Positions 36,886-49,674 are shown, counted from the first letter of the stretch. The stretch is DNA of 64,000 bases from Prorocentrum cordatum (GCA_963575745.1 CAUYUJ010000170.1:1-64000), one strand, 5' to 3'. Made by a program: numbers and translations. The notes: generated from the letters alone by a model not told the origin.

Positions 36886-37849
36886 TCTAGTTTGCAAGCC
36901 AACACGGCGTCTTTTCTATTCGGAACAATACAGAGCGCTCTATGAGGCTCAGGCTGAGCGCCCGCGTGACTCCGCCAAAAGCGCGCCTCCACTGCTGTTC
37001 CCAGGAGCCCGCCGAAGTGAAGCCAATGCGCAGGACGGCAGGGTGCCCTTTGCGCGCCCCGCGACCTGCCCGAACGCGACGATGAACGAACTTGCAGGGC
37101 TGGGCAAGTACCGGACACAGGAGTACCCTGCTGCGCGGGGGCGACCTCGAGAGAACGCGTCGTTGGTTCACTGGCGGCGCGGCCGCGCTCAGAGGACATC
37201 GCAGAGCATGCCCTTCGCCGCGGCGCCGGCGGCGCGGCGCTAAAACCACAATCTTACATCGAAGCGAACCGAACCCCCAGATGTGCCAGGACACAAGGGT
37301 ACCCGTGACCAGGGCCGCGACCTCCCCGAGGCGCGACGCGCCCAGAACGCCGCGGGCCAAGCCGCCGACGCCCGCGGAAAGCACAGGACACAAGGGTTCC
37401 CTTGCCCGGGGAATGCAGAGGACACGAAGCGCGATGCACAGGACACGAGAGCACCCTTGATTTGGCAGGCCCGACCTGCTAATGGACTCCGACGGCACGG
37501 GGGGGGGGACTTTGCAAAGATCGGGAGTCACAAATCGGAATAAGGGGGTGGGGGGGCTTTGCAGAAATCGGAAGGACGGGGGAGGAGGGGCTTTGCAAAA
37601 ATCGGAAGGACGGGGGGGAAGGGGGGTGGGGGGCTTTTGCAAAAATCAGAAGGACGGGGGCGGGGGGCGAGGGGGACCTTGCACAAATCGGCATGGGGAG
37701 GTGGGGTGAGGACTTTCGCAGAAATCGGGAGGACGGGGGAAGGGGGGTGGCCTTTGCGAACAAAACAAAAGGAGGGGGTGCTTTGCAAAATATTGGGCGC
37801 GTTCGAATCGCAATTCGTAGAAACAGCTTGCTAGACGACTTGCTTGTTT

Positions 37850-38830
37850 GCTTGGCGTAGCAGAATTTTGCTAGAAATTTGCTTAAATTTTGCTTCGCGT
37901 AGCAAAATTTTGCTAGAAATTTGCTTAAATTTTGCTTCGCGTAGCAAAATTTTGCTAGAAATTTGCTTAAATGTTGCTTGGCGCTGCCACCCCCGTCCCC
38001 CCGCGCAACTAAGATGCGACCGCCATCGCTGTGAACGAGTAAGATGTGGAAGGGGCGAAGCAAAATTTTGCTAGAAATTTGCTTAAATTTTGCTTCGCGT
38101 AGCAAAATTTTGCTAGAAATTTGCTTAAAATTTGCTTGGCGCTGCCACACTTCCCCCCCCCCCAAGTGAAACGCAAAGTGTTGCGACGCCCCTTCCACTA
38201 CGTTTTCCGTGCGCAGTGATGGCGGTAGTGGTCATATAGGACCACGACCGCAGTCGATGTGAGCGGGTAAGATGTGGAAGGCGCGAAACAGAATTTTGCT
38301 AGAAATTTGCTTAAATTTTGCTTCGCGTAGCAAAATTTTGCTAGAAATTTGCTTAAATTTTGCTTCGCGTAGCAAAATTTTGCTAGAAATTTGCTTAAAA
38401 TTTGCTTTGCGCTGCCCAAGTAATATCCAAGCATTTGTTGTTGCTACGCCCCTTCCACTAGCTATCCGTTCGCATCGATGGCGGTAGTGGCCACATAAGA
38501 CCACGACCGCCATCGATGCTTGGCGCAGCCGACCAAGCAAAATGTGCTTCGAAGTTTGCTTAGTGGGCCGCGCCAAGCAAAATTCAAGCAAAATTTTGCT
38601 TGCCAAGCAAAATTCAAGCAAAATTTTGCTTGCCAAGCAAAATTCAAGCAAAATTTTGCTTGCCAAGCAAAATTCAAGCAAAATTGTGCTTGCAAAGTAA
38701 AATTCAAGCAAATTTTCAAAATTCTACTATCGGAAAGCATTTTTTCAGAAAAATGCTTCCCCAAGTAAAATTCAAGCAAAATTAAAGCAAAATTCAAGCA
38801 AATTTAAGCAAAATTTTGCTTGAATTCGTT
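37850..38830. repeat. AT-rich 42-bp and 30-bp palindromic tandem repeats (gcaaaattttgc core)
   Basis: 42-bp period (37901, 37943); 30-bp unit gccaagcaaaattcaagcaaaattttgctt at ~38572-38700. Confidence 0.92.
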
Positions 38831-40202
38831 CCGTCGTACGCCGTCGTGCACCGTCGTGCGCCGTCGTGCGCCGTCGCGCGCGGTCGCGCGGCGTCGAGGC
38901 GCGCCATGCGCTGCGGCGCGCTTCGTCGTCATCTGGCGGCGCTGATGGCTGCGGCGGCGCATGCGGCGCGGGCGCCCGACCAGCCCCCCCCCCCCCCCTC
39001 CCCCCTCGCCAACCGCTGGCGGGATGCACGCGGCAGGCGCGCGGCCCGAGGTGCTCGGGCGACGTAGGTGGACAGAACGCTCATGACGACGCCCCTGCGA
39101 TACTCTCCGCCGCGACGCACCTTGCTCGCTCGCATCTTCGATTGAGGAACGCCGCCCCCCCTGCGAAACTTTGGCGGGCGGGCCCAGCGCCCCAGCCGCA
39201 GCGCAACGCTCGCGCAGCCGCGATGCGCTGCCCTGTGCCACCGAGCGCTCCACTGTCGCATTCTCGGGTGGACGCCACCTGTCGGCGCACGGGCGACCTA
39301 ACCCCCCCGCCCCCCCCCCCCCCCTCGAAGACATGGGCAAATGCGCCAAAAACGCATTCGGACACGGCGCCCCTCGTTGCCGGTGGCCGAGTGCCGCTTA
39401 ACGCTGAACGCCACCAGCGGCCCCGACGGACAGAGCCTCCCCCCTCTTTTTCCCCCGCCACGAGTAGGATACCGCCGCAAGTGCCAGGCGGCGCGGCCGC
39501 GGAATGCCTGGGCACACGGGGCGCCCCGTTCTGCGGGCGCGCGCGCGATGCCCCAACATGGGCCAGGGCGTGCGCGAAGAGGCCAAGGGCTGCCCTCCCA
39601 GAGGGTGGCCCAACACTGGAGATCGCACGCGCACGGCCAGGATGGCAGAGGCGCGTGCTCGAGGGCACCCGTGGGATCGCAAAACGTGGGCGAGTGGAAC
39701 TCAGATACCTGCACCTCATACTGCATGCGCCCACAGATCATCCCACGTTGGCACGGCGCGCTATCTCGTGACCTATGACTCCCCATCCTTTGCCCCCGAC
39801 TCTGCCTTGCTCTGCCGTACTCAATTCTCCTCCTGCCCGCCCATATTAGACGGGCGGGGGACGGGTTGGGGGAGGGGCGGAGGGGGGGGGGGGCGGGAGA
39901 GGGGGAGGGGAAGAGGAAAGGCGCGGGGCTGGAGTTTGACGTACAGGCAGAGTCCATTGCCCAGGACACGCGACAGGACACAATACTCTTCCGGCGGCAA
40001 CATGACCTCCCAGAACCACAGGACACAAGGGTACCCTCTCGGGGCCGCGACCGCGGTCACCCGCGGCCGACCCGCGCCCCCGCGACGGGGGGCCAACGTC
40101 GGACAGGGCACCAGGGGTGTCCGACAGGCCGCGCCGCCCACCGCGCAGAAAAGTAAATCATGATGCGCCGCAAGCGCCCACCTCCCTCTGGGGGCGGTCG
40201 CG

Positions 40203-40642
40203 CGACCTGTCGCCATGGCAGAAGACCAGAACATGGGCGCGGACGCGGACGGCGCAAACGAGAGGACGCGCAGACCACCCTCTCGCGGGAGAGCGACCTG
40301 TCGCCATGGCAGAAGACCAGAGAACATGGGCGCGGACGCGGACGGCGCAAACGAGAGGACGCGCAGACCACCCTCCCGCGGGAGAGCGACCTGTCGCCAT
40401 GGCAGAAGACCAGAGAACATGGGCGCGGACGCGGACGGCGCAAACGAGAGGACGCGCAGACCACCCTTCCGCGGGAGAGCGACCTGTCTCCATGGCAGGA
40501 GACCAGAGAACATGGGCGCGGACGCGGACGGCGCAAACGAGAGGACGCGCAGACCACCCTCCGCGGGAGAGCGACCTGTCGCCATGGCAGAAGACCAGAG
40601 AACATGGGCGCGGACGCGGACGGCGCAAACGAGAGGACGCGC
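40203..40642 (+). repeat. 91-93-bp tandem repeat x5 in element copy 2
   Basis: Same unit as 32498-32940. Confidence 0.95.
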
Positions 40643-43600
40643 GTGGGGACTTCTGTATTGTTCACGATAGAAAAGTCGACATTTCCGTCGGCCTCTTTAA
40701 AGGCCCACAGAAATTTCAAATTCAGTTTTTGGAATTACATGGCGGCTTCTCTATTGTGGACAATACAGAACTCCTCACGCGCGCGCGCGCGCGCGCGTGG
40801 GGACTTTGTATTGTTCACAATAGACAAGTCGACATTTCCGTCGGCCTCCTTAAAGGGCCACAGAAATTTCAAATTCAGTTTTTGGAATTACATGGCGGCT
40901 TTTCTATTGTGGACAATACAGAACTCACGCGCGCGCGCGTGGGGACTTCTGTATTATTCACAATAGAAAAGTCGGCATTTCCGTCGGCCCCTTTCAAGAC
41001 CCACAGAAATTTCAAATTCAGTTTTTGGAATTACAGGGCGGCTTTTCTATTGTGGACAATACAGAACTCCTCACGCGCGCGCGCGAACGGACGCGCGCGC
41101 GTCCGCGCGCGCGGCGACTTATGTATGGTTCACAATAGAAAAAGTCGACATGCCCGTCGGCCTCCTTAAATTTCAAATTCAGCTTTTGGAATTACATGAA
41201 GGTTTTTTGTATTTGGGACAATACAGAACTCCTCACGCGCGCGCGCGCGGACGCGCGCGCGCGCGGGGATTTCTGTATTGCCCACAATAAAAAAGTCTGC
41301 GTTTCCGTCGGCCTCCTTAAAGGGCCCACAGAAATTTCAAACTCAGTTTTTGGAATTACATGGCGGCTTTTCCATTGTGGACAATACAGAACTCCTCACG
41401 CGCGCGCGCGCGCTGACGCGCGCGCTGACGCGCGCGCGTGGGGACTCTGTATGGTTCACAATAGAGAAGTGGACGTTTTCGTCTGCCTCCTTAAGGGGCA
41501 ACAGAAATTTCAAATTCGGTTTTTAAAATTAAATGGCGGCTTCTCTATCGTGCACAAAAAGGAACTCCTCACGCGCGCGCGCGCGTCCGGCGACTTCTGA
41601 ATTGTCCACAATAGACAAGTCGGCATTTCCATCGGCCTCCTTAAAGGGCCACAGAAATTTCGAATCCAGTTTTTGGAATTACATGGCAACTTTTCTATTG
41701 TGGACAATACAGAACTCCTCACGCGCGCGCGCGCGGACGCGCGCGCGTCCGCGCGCGCCCGCGCGCGGGGGACTTCTGTATTGTCCACAATAGACAAGTC
41801 GACATTTCCGTCGGCCTCCTCAAAGGGCCACAAAAATTTCAAATTCAGTTTTTGGAATTACATGGCTGCTTTTCTATTGTGGACAATACAGAACTTCTCG
41901 CGCGCGCGCGCGTGGGGACTTCTGTATCGTCCACAATAAAATAGTAGACATGTCCGTCGGCCTCCTTAACGGGCCACAGAAATTTCAAATTGAGTTTTTG
42001 GAATTACATGGCGGCTTTTCTATTGTTGACAATACAGAACTCCTCACGCGCGCGCGCGTGGGGACTTCTGTATTGTCCACACTAGAAAAGTCGACATTTC
42101 CGTCGGCCTCCTTAAAGGGCCACAGAAATTTCAAATTCAGCTTTTGGGTTACATGGCGGCTTTTCTATTGTGGACAATACAGAACTCCTCACGCGCGCGC
42201 GCGCGTGGGGCCTTTTGTATTGTCCACAATGGAAAAGTCTATATTTTCGTCGGCCCCCTTAAGGGCCACAGAAATTTCCAACCCAGTTTTTGGAATTACA
42301 TGGCGGCTTCTCTATTGTGGACAATACAGAACTCCTCACGCGCGCGCGCGCGGGGACTTCTGTATGATTCACAATCGAAAAGTCGAGATTTCCGTCGGCC
42401 GCCTTAAAGGGCCACAGAAATTTCAAATTCAGTTTTTGGAATGACATTGCGGCTTTTCTATTGTGGACAATACAGAACTCCTCACGCGCGCGCGCGCGCG
42501 GACGCGCGCGCGTACGCGAACGCGCGGGCGCGCGTGGGGACTTCTGTACTATCTATTCACAATAGAAAAGTCGACATTTCCGCCGGCCTCCTTAACGGGC
42601 CACAGAAATTTCAAATTCAGTTTTTGGAATTACATGGCGGCTTTTCTATTGTGGACAATACAGAACTCCTCACGCGCGCGCGCGGACGCGCGCGCGCGGG
42701 GACTTCTGTATGGTTCACAACACAAAAGTCGACATTTCCGTTGACCTCCTTAAATGGCCACAGAAATTTCAAATTCAGTTTTTGGAATTACATGGCGGCT
42801 TTTTTATTGTGGACAATACAGAAATCCTCGCGCGCGGACGCGCGCGCGGACGCGCGCGCGCGCGTGGGGACTTCTGTATTGGTTCACAATAGAAAAGTAG
42901 ACATTTCCGTCGGCCTCTTTAAAGGGCCACAGAAATTTCAAGTTCAGTTTTTGGAATTACATGGCAACTTTTTTATTCTGGACAATACAGAACTCCTCAC
43001 GCGCGCGCGCGCGCTGACGCGCGCGCTGACGCGCGCGCGCGCGCGCGTGGGGACGTCTGTATTGTTCACAATAAAAGAGTCGACATTTCCGTCGGCCTCC
43101 TTAAAGGGCCACAGAAATTTCAAATTCAGTTTTTGGAATTAAGTGGCGGCTTTTCTATTGTGCACAATACAGCACTCCTCACGCGCGCGTGTGGGCATTT
43201 CTGTATTGTCCACAATAGAAAAGTCAGCTTTTCCGCCGGCCTCCTTAAAGGGCCACAGAAATTTCAAATTCAGTTTTTGGAATTACAAAGTGGCTTTTCT
43301 ATTGTGGACAATACAGAACTCCTCACGCGCGCGCGCGCGACGCGCGCGCGTCCGCGCGCGCCCGCGCGCGCGGGGACTTCTGTAGTGTCCACAATAGACA
43401 AGTCGACATTTCCGTCGGCGACCTTCAGGGCCACAGAAATTTCAAATTCAGTTTTTGGAATTACATGGCGACTTCTCTATTGTGGACAATACACAACTCC
43501 TCGCGCGCGCGCGCGCGGACTGGCGCGCGTCCGCGCACGCGCGCGCGTGGGGACTTCTGTATTGTCCACACTAGAAAAGTCGACATTTCCGTCGGCCTCC

Positions 43601-44605
43601 TTAACGGGCCACAGAAATTTCAAAATCAGTTTTTGGAATTACATGGCGGCTTTTCTGTTGTGGACAACACAGAACTCCTCACGCGCGCGCGCGTGCGGAC
43701 TTCTGTATTGTTCACAACAGAACAATCGACATTTCCGTCGGCCTCCTTAACTGGCCACAAAAATTTCAAAATCAGCTTTTGGAATTACATGGCGGCTTCC
43801 CTATTGTGGACAATACAGAACTCCTCACGCGCGCGCGTGGGGACTTCGGTACTGTTCACAATAGAAAAGTCGACATTTCCGCCGGCCTGCTTAAAGGGCC
43901 ACAGAAATTTCAAATTCAGTTTTTGGAATTACATGGCGGCTTTTCTAATGTGGACAATACAGAACTCCTCACGCGCGCGCGCGCGCGGACGCGCGCGCAT
44001 CGGGACTTCTGTATTGTTCACAATAGAAAAGTTGGCATTTCCGTCGGCCTCCTTAAAAGGCAACGGAAATTCCAAATTCAGCTTTTGGAATTTCAGGGCG
44101 GCTTCTCTATTGTGCAGAAGACAGAACTCCTCACGCGCGCCCGCGCGTGTGGGGACTTCTGTATTGTCCACAATAGAAAATTCGGCATTCCCGTCGGCCT
44201 CAAAGGGCCACAGAAATTTCAAATTCAGTTTTTGAAATTACATGGCGGCTTTTCTATTGTGGACAATACAGAACTCCTCACGCGCGCACGCGCGCGCGTG
44301 GGGACTTCTGTATTGTCCACAATAGAAAAGTCTACATTTCCGTCGGCCTCCTTAAAGGGCAACAGAAATTTCAAATTCAGCTTTTGGACTTACATGGCGG
44401 CTTTTCTATTGTGGACAATACAGAACTCCTCACGCGCGCGCGCGTGGTGACTTCTGTATTGTCCACAATGGAAAGTCGGTGCGTCCGTCGGCCTCCTTAA
44501 AGGGCCACAGAAATTTCAAATTCAGTTTTTGGAATTACATGGTAGCTTTTCTGTTGTGGACCATCCAGAACTCCTCACGCGCGCGCCAGCGCGCGTCCGC
44601 GCGCT
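40643..44605. repeat. ~25 palindromic ~145-bp units with (CG)n linkers, array 2
   Basis: Same unit as 32941-36885. Confidence 0.95.
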
Positions 44606-45279
44606 CTAGCTTGCAAGCCAACACGGCGTCTTCTCTATTCGGAACAATACAGAGCGCTCTATGAGACTTAGGCTGAGCGCCCGCGTGACTCCGCCAAAAG
44701 CGCGCCTCCGCTGCTGTTCCCAGGAGCCCGCCGAAGAGAAGCCAATGCACAGGACGGCAGGGTATCCTTTGCGCGCCCCGCGACCTGCCCGAACGCGACG
44801 ATGAATGAACTTGCAGGGCTGGGCAAGTACAGGACACAGGAGTACCCTGCTGCGCGGGGGCGACCTCGAGTGAACGCGTCGTTGGTTCACTGGCGGTGCG
44901 GCCGCACTCAGAGGACATCGCAGAGTATACCCTTCGCCGCGGCGCCGGCGGCGCGGCGCTGAAACCGCAATCTTACATCGAAGCGAACCGAACCCCCAAA
45001 TCTGAGAGGACACAAGGGTACCCTTGACCAGGGCCGCGACCTCCCCGAGGCGCGACGCGCCCAGAACGCCGCGGGCCAAGCCGCCGACACCCGCGGAAAG
45101 CACAGGACACAAGGGCACCCTTGCCCGGGGAATGCAGAGGACACGAAGCGCGATGCACAGGACACGAGAGTACCCTTGATTTGGCAGGCCCGACCTACTA
45201 ATGGACTCCGACTGTATCTTGGGCATGAGCTCGATCGTGTGCAATGGCGAGGACCGCGATTGTGGACACGCAAATGCGC

Positions 45280-46260
45280 GTGTCACTGGGGCGTTCGGTG
45301 GGGCTCCCTATGGGGCCACGAACCGTGCGATAGATGCGCCGTGATGTGTGTGGTGCGTGGTGCGTGTGTCTGTGGTGCCGGTCGTGTGTGTGTGTGTGTC
45401 GTGTTTGTGTGGTGGTGGTTGACGGTTGGTGGTGGCGGTGGTGGTGTGTGTCGGGGGGGGGGGGGCGTGCGTGGGGGTGGCGGTGGTCGTGGTGGGTTGG
45501 TGGTGGCGGGGGTGGAGCTGGGCGGGGGTCTCTGGGTGGGTGGGCGGGCCATGGGCGGCGCAAGCGCCATGGGCGGCGCAACCGCACGTGCACGTGCCGT
45601 CATAGGCGGCCAAACGCAGTACACGTCGCTTGGAGCTCCATATGGGCCCGCGAATGGCGCGAGCAAAGGTCGCCATTTGGACTTTATGTGGAGCTCCTCA
45701 TGTGGCCACGGGCCGCGTGATGGGGCGTGCCGTAATGGGCGGCACGGACGCTTGTGCGACGCCGCCTCAAGTCGAAACCCCCATGCAGCCACGGACCGTG
45801 CGAGGGGTGCGCCGCAATGGGTTGCGCGCGCGCGTGCGAACTTCGCCACTGGGGCCTTGGGTGGAACTCTTTCTGAGGCGACGGGCCGCGCGATTGAGAG
45901 CGTCGCAATGGTTGGGCAGCCTTTCGTTGAGATCCTTCTGGGGCCACGAACCGCGCGAGGGCGCGCCGCGATGGGTGGCCCAGGAGCGCGCGACCGTCGC
46001 CACGGGTGCTTTAAGTGGAGCACCATGTGGGGCCGCGAACCGCGCGATGGGGCGCGCCGTAATCGGTGGCGCGGACGCATGTCCACGTCGCCACAGGGGG
46101 CTCAGATGGAGCCCCCTATGGGGCCACGGTCCGTGCGAGGGTGCGGCATGATGCGCGGCGCGGACGCATGTAAGCGTCTCTACTGGGGCCTTGGGTGCAA
46201 TTCCATAAGTGGCCATGAACCATGGGAAGGGCGCAGCGTTGTGGCGCGGATGCGGCGCAC
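45280..46260 (+). repeat. Degenerate ~90-bp tandem repeat, second array
   Basis: Same family as 29680-31010. Confidence 0.8.
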
Positions 46261-47459
46261 GGGACTTGTGCGTAGGCGTCGCGCGCGCGTGGCACACCGA
46301 CGTGGCGCATGGACATTCGCGCACGGATGCCACGCGCGGGCGCTGCTGTGCACGGGCGCTGCGCGCGGACGCGGGGGGGGGTGGGTGGGGGGGAAGGGCG
46401 CGAACAGAGCGGGGTCGCGATGGAGTGGGGTCGGGTGGGATGAGGGGTGGCGGTAGGGGCGGGAGGGGGAGCGGCGGGGGGGCTAAAACTGCGCGATGCA
46501 GGCGCGCCGTAAAGTTCGCGTAGGATGAATGCATTAAAGCATATGGCGATCCACATCAAAATAGCAACGACGCCTTAACAGTCGCGGCAAACGAAGAAGA
46601 GCAGCGCTGGCTGTGCGTTGGACAAGGTAAGGAGGTATATTGCACTGGTACACAAGAGTTGTGATTAGTTGCAGGAGCCCGTGTAGAGCAAAGCCTGATG
46701 GGGGGAGCGGGCATTGGATATATTGGGCAAGAAATGTGCACGTGGTCTGCGCATGCGGATTGGGCGTTGAGTTGCGCTGTGCTACCGCGGTGACATTTGC
46801 GTCGTGGACGCCGCCATGGCGGCCGCGTGTGTTACGAAATCTACGCGTCGAACCCTGAAGAGACGCCCGCGTCGAACTCGGTCTTGCCGCCCTTTGCACC
46901 ACCGCTACTTGTGGATAGCGTCTGGCTGGCGTTTGAATATGCCAGGGTGGGGTGGGATGAGCTGCGGGGCAGGTTTGCGGACCACGCTAATGCTACGAAT
47001 CGTACGGCGCAGGATAGTTGCAGAGATGCGGTTGACCTTGATCACAGCATGTGTAGGAGTAGGGGTTGGAAAGGGCGCGGTAAGGCACGTTAGTGCAGAG
47101 TAGATTTTCAACGCTCTAAATATGCATAAAACGAAGCCAGCGTAGTGTCTAAATAACATTGGATGTAATAGAACCTAGTGCCTCCAGCGAAGATGGAGGG
47201 CAGGATCCCGTTGAGTACGACACGGGCTGGGGTAGCGCGGCGTGGAAAGCATGCGCACACAATTTGTTATAAGATCTCTCCTGGTGAGCTGCTCGTTGGC
47301 GGAAGGGGAGGAGCAGGGAACAGGAACATCGACAAAGGTTACTTCCTGAAAAGTTGTTAACCGCGCGCCGCCGACTAGCGTGGAAAAGTGTCACGGGAGA
47401 AAAGGTATGACAGGCAACCACGACATCAAATGACGAACTGGATGTGACCGTCTGGATGG

Positions 47460-47850
47460 CACGTGCCACGGCGGAAGCCCCATGGAGAAAACCAACTGTG
47501 CATTTTTGACTGGGCGCCAACATGAACCAAGGAAACCTCAGAAAGGCAACTCGTGACACGTGTCACCGAGGAAACCGCTAGAGGAAAGCCAACGGTGCAT
47601 TTTTGATTCTGGACGCCGCCATGATCCAAAGAAGCCTCAGAAAAGCAACGGGCGATACGTGTCACCGCGGAAACCGCTTGGAGAAAACCAAACGTAATCG
47701 TTTGATTCTCGGCGCCAACATGAGCCTGGGAATCTTCAGAAGAAAAGCAGGTGACGCGTGTCACCACGGAAACCGCTTGAGGAAAACCAATGGTACATTT
47801 TTGAATCTGGACGCCATCATGGGCCAAGGGCGCCTCAGAAGAGCAGCGGG
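47460..47850. repeat. ~100-bp tandem repeat x4 (gtgtcaccgcggaaaccgcttg.gaaaaccaa..catttttga)
   Basis: Four degenerate units. Confidence 0.85.
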
Positions 47851-49674
47851 CGACAAGCCCCCGCGGGGGAGGAGGGGGGAGGCAAAGAAGGGGGCGTGGG
47901 GAACATGAAGATATACCGTTGCCGGGTCAAAACTGACACAAGATCGGGGAGAAGGCGACAACCCAAAAATCTGCAAGGATGCCCAAGGGGCCGTGCAACG
48001 CCATTACGCGGCAAGAAACGCGCGGGGATGCGCCCGCCCAAACGAGAACATGGGCAAGGATACGGAAGGATCCCCAAGGGTACCCTTGCCTCCCCCATCC
48101 CTGCGACGCCGCCGTGCAACGGGCTTCAACCCCAAACGGCAAGGATGAATGTGCCGCCAAGGGTACCCTTGGACGGCCGAAGCAGCAGCCAAGGATGCCG
48201 GGAAAGGATGATGGCTTGACGTCTTATGGCTTGGGGCGCCTTAACCGCGTTAGTGGGCCAAATTTCCTGGTGGCACCACCTTTGATTGCACGGTGGGCGA
48301 CCGCGTCCGTCGCGGTCGCGTTTCATGTTGTCTGCGGGCGGGTCCCGCCACTTGCAATTCAGAACCTGCGGCGCAGATTCCGTGACATTGCGGGTGGGTA
48401 GGATTCGTCCACCCTTGAGTCGCCTTTCACAGTTCTTGTCCTGCTCCACGACCCGCGCACCAGTGGTGGCGATGCATGCGGCCTGTAGCTGGGAGCGCGG
48501 CGAGGGCCGACAACGCAAAACAGAAGCCGACCCCGAACTGGCTACGCATGCTGGGCGTGTGTATCATTATCGCAGTGTCGCACGGGTCGAACATTGGAAT
48601 GCCCCTGCACCCGTCCACTCAGCCTACCCCCCTATGACCCGCGCAATTACAAAAAATCAAGTAAAATTTTACTTGGCGTTTCAATTCTTGGGTAAATCAA
48701 TTTCGTAGTGATGCAGCGGTATAAAATGTGCACCCTACAATTAGGTGACTATCTTGCTACTGCACTTCCCTCGTCAGAATTCGATGCTGGAACCCACCCC
48801 GCGGGCTGCTGGAACCATTGCCCTTCGTGAAATTAAAGTGAGTGCTGGAATCCCCCCTCTTGTCGGCATAAGCTCCCGGAACCACTTTCCCTGGTAAAAA
48901 ATGAGGCGCTGGAGCCCTACCCCGCTGAGGGCCTGAAAAAATAACATAGGGCCAGGGAGGGGGGTGGTGGGACGGGGCCCAGGGGTGGGGGTCCTAGCAT
49001 TGTGGTCACGCCTCGCGTTCAAACGGGTGCAGTGCGTGCGCGTGCGCGCACGTGCATGCGCGTGTGCATGAGCGTGCGTGTGCGCGTGCGCGAGCCCGAG
49101 CCCGAGTGCGACCCCGAGCCCGAGCCCGAGCGCGAGCGCGAGCTAGAGACCCAGCCTGGGTCCGAGCCCATCCGGAGCGCGTGCGCGCGCGCGTGCGCGT
49201 GTGCGTGCGTGTGCGCGCGCGTGTGAGTGCGCGCGTGCGTGCGCGTGCGCTTCCGATGTGCTAACGGTCAGCACATCGGAAGCATGTAACCTTACCTACG
49301 CAGATCCAAGGCCTCGTTACCCCCAAACTCGCGGCCCGTGGAGGCCCCGCCCCTTCGTGGATACATCCGCGGACGGATGAGGGCTACCCCGGAAACCACC
49401 CAAATTCCATACCCTGCAGCTAAGAGGACGGTGGACTACTATGCTAACCTGCGATTAAGCATTCCACTGCCAACCGTAGTCGCCTTACTGGGGTACATCG
49501 TTTACCCAAGATCGTGGCCGCCCAGGCCAAACGTAGCCGGCACCAGGGCGAAAACGCGTTCCGTGAGCAAGGCGTGGGGACGTCTCGGGCCAGACGGCTG
49601 CCGGACCGTGCTGGACAAGGCGTCCTCGGGGTCCCCGTCCTCCCTGGTGTGACTCGAGCTCTGCGCCGGTTTCC

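Larger units (their letters stand above)
32239..37495 (+). mobile_element. Non-autonomous TIR DNA transposon (Tc1/mariner-like TA target) carrying satellite arrays, copy 1
   Basis: TA|caggcagagtccatt ... aatggactccgacgg|ca (right end degenerate). Colinear with 39944-45214. Interrupts a host repeat. Confidence 0.75.
39944..45214 (+). mobile_element. Non-autonomous TIR DNA transposon carrying satellite arrays, copy 2
   Basis: TA|caggcagagtccatt ... aatggactccgactg|TA, with TA on both sides (39942-43, 45215-16). Confidence 0.8.
28830..48710. mobile_element. Candidate ~20-kb CACTA-like element defined by a ~60-bp imperfect TIR pair
   Basis: 28830-28893 resembles the reverse complement of 48649-48710. 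Right end TAGTG (=CACTA), left end GACTA. No matching TSD and no transposase seen. Confidence 0.45.

Noticed and set aside
32941..44605. CRISPR-like repeat/spacer array
   Set aside because: Units are ~145 bp, the spacers are only (CG)n length variants rather than unique sequence, no cas genes are present, and the context is eukaryotic.
32412..44664. Long ORFs such as 32412-33827 and 40117-41169
   Set aside because: They are translations of satellite units that switch frame with linker length, with no consistent coding frame.
49607..49660. Extra minus-strand exon SSSHTREDGDPEDALSST; similar candidates at 27964-28019, ~25231-25261, ~24800-24835 and ~51463-51506
   Set aside because: Splice signals are plausible, but inserting them would break the SAP-like continuity, especially LIDRL-AAYE. 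Not supportable without RNA data.
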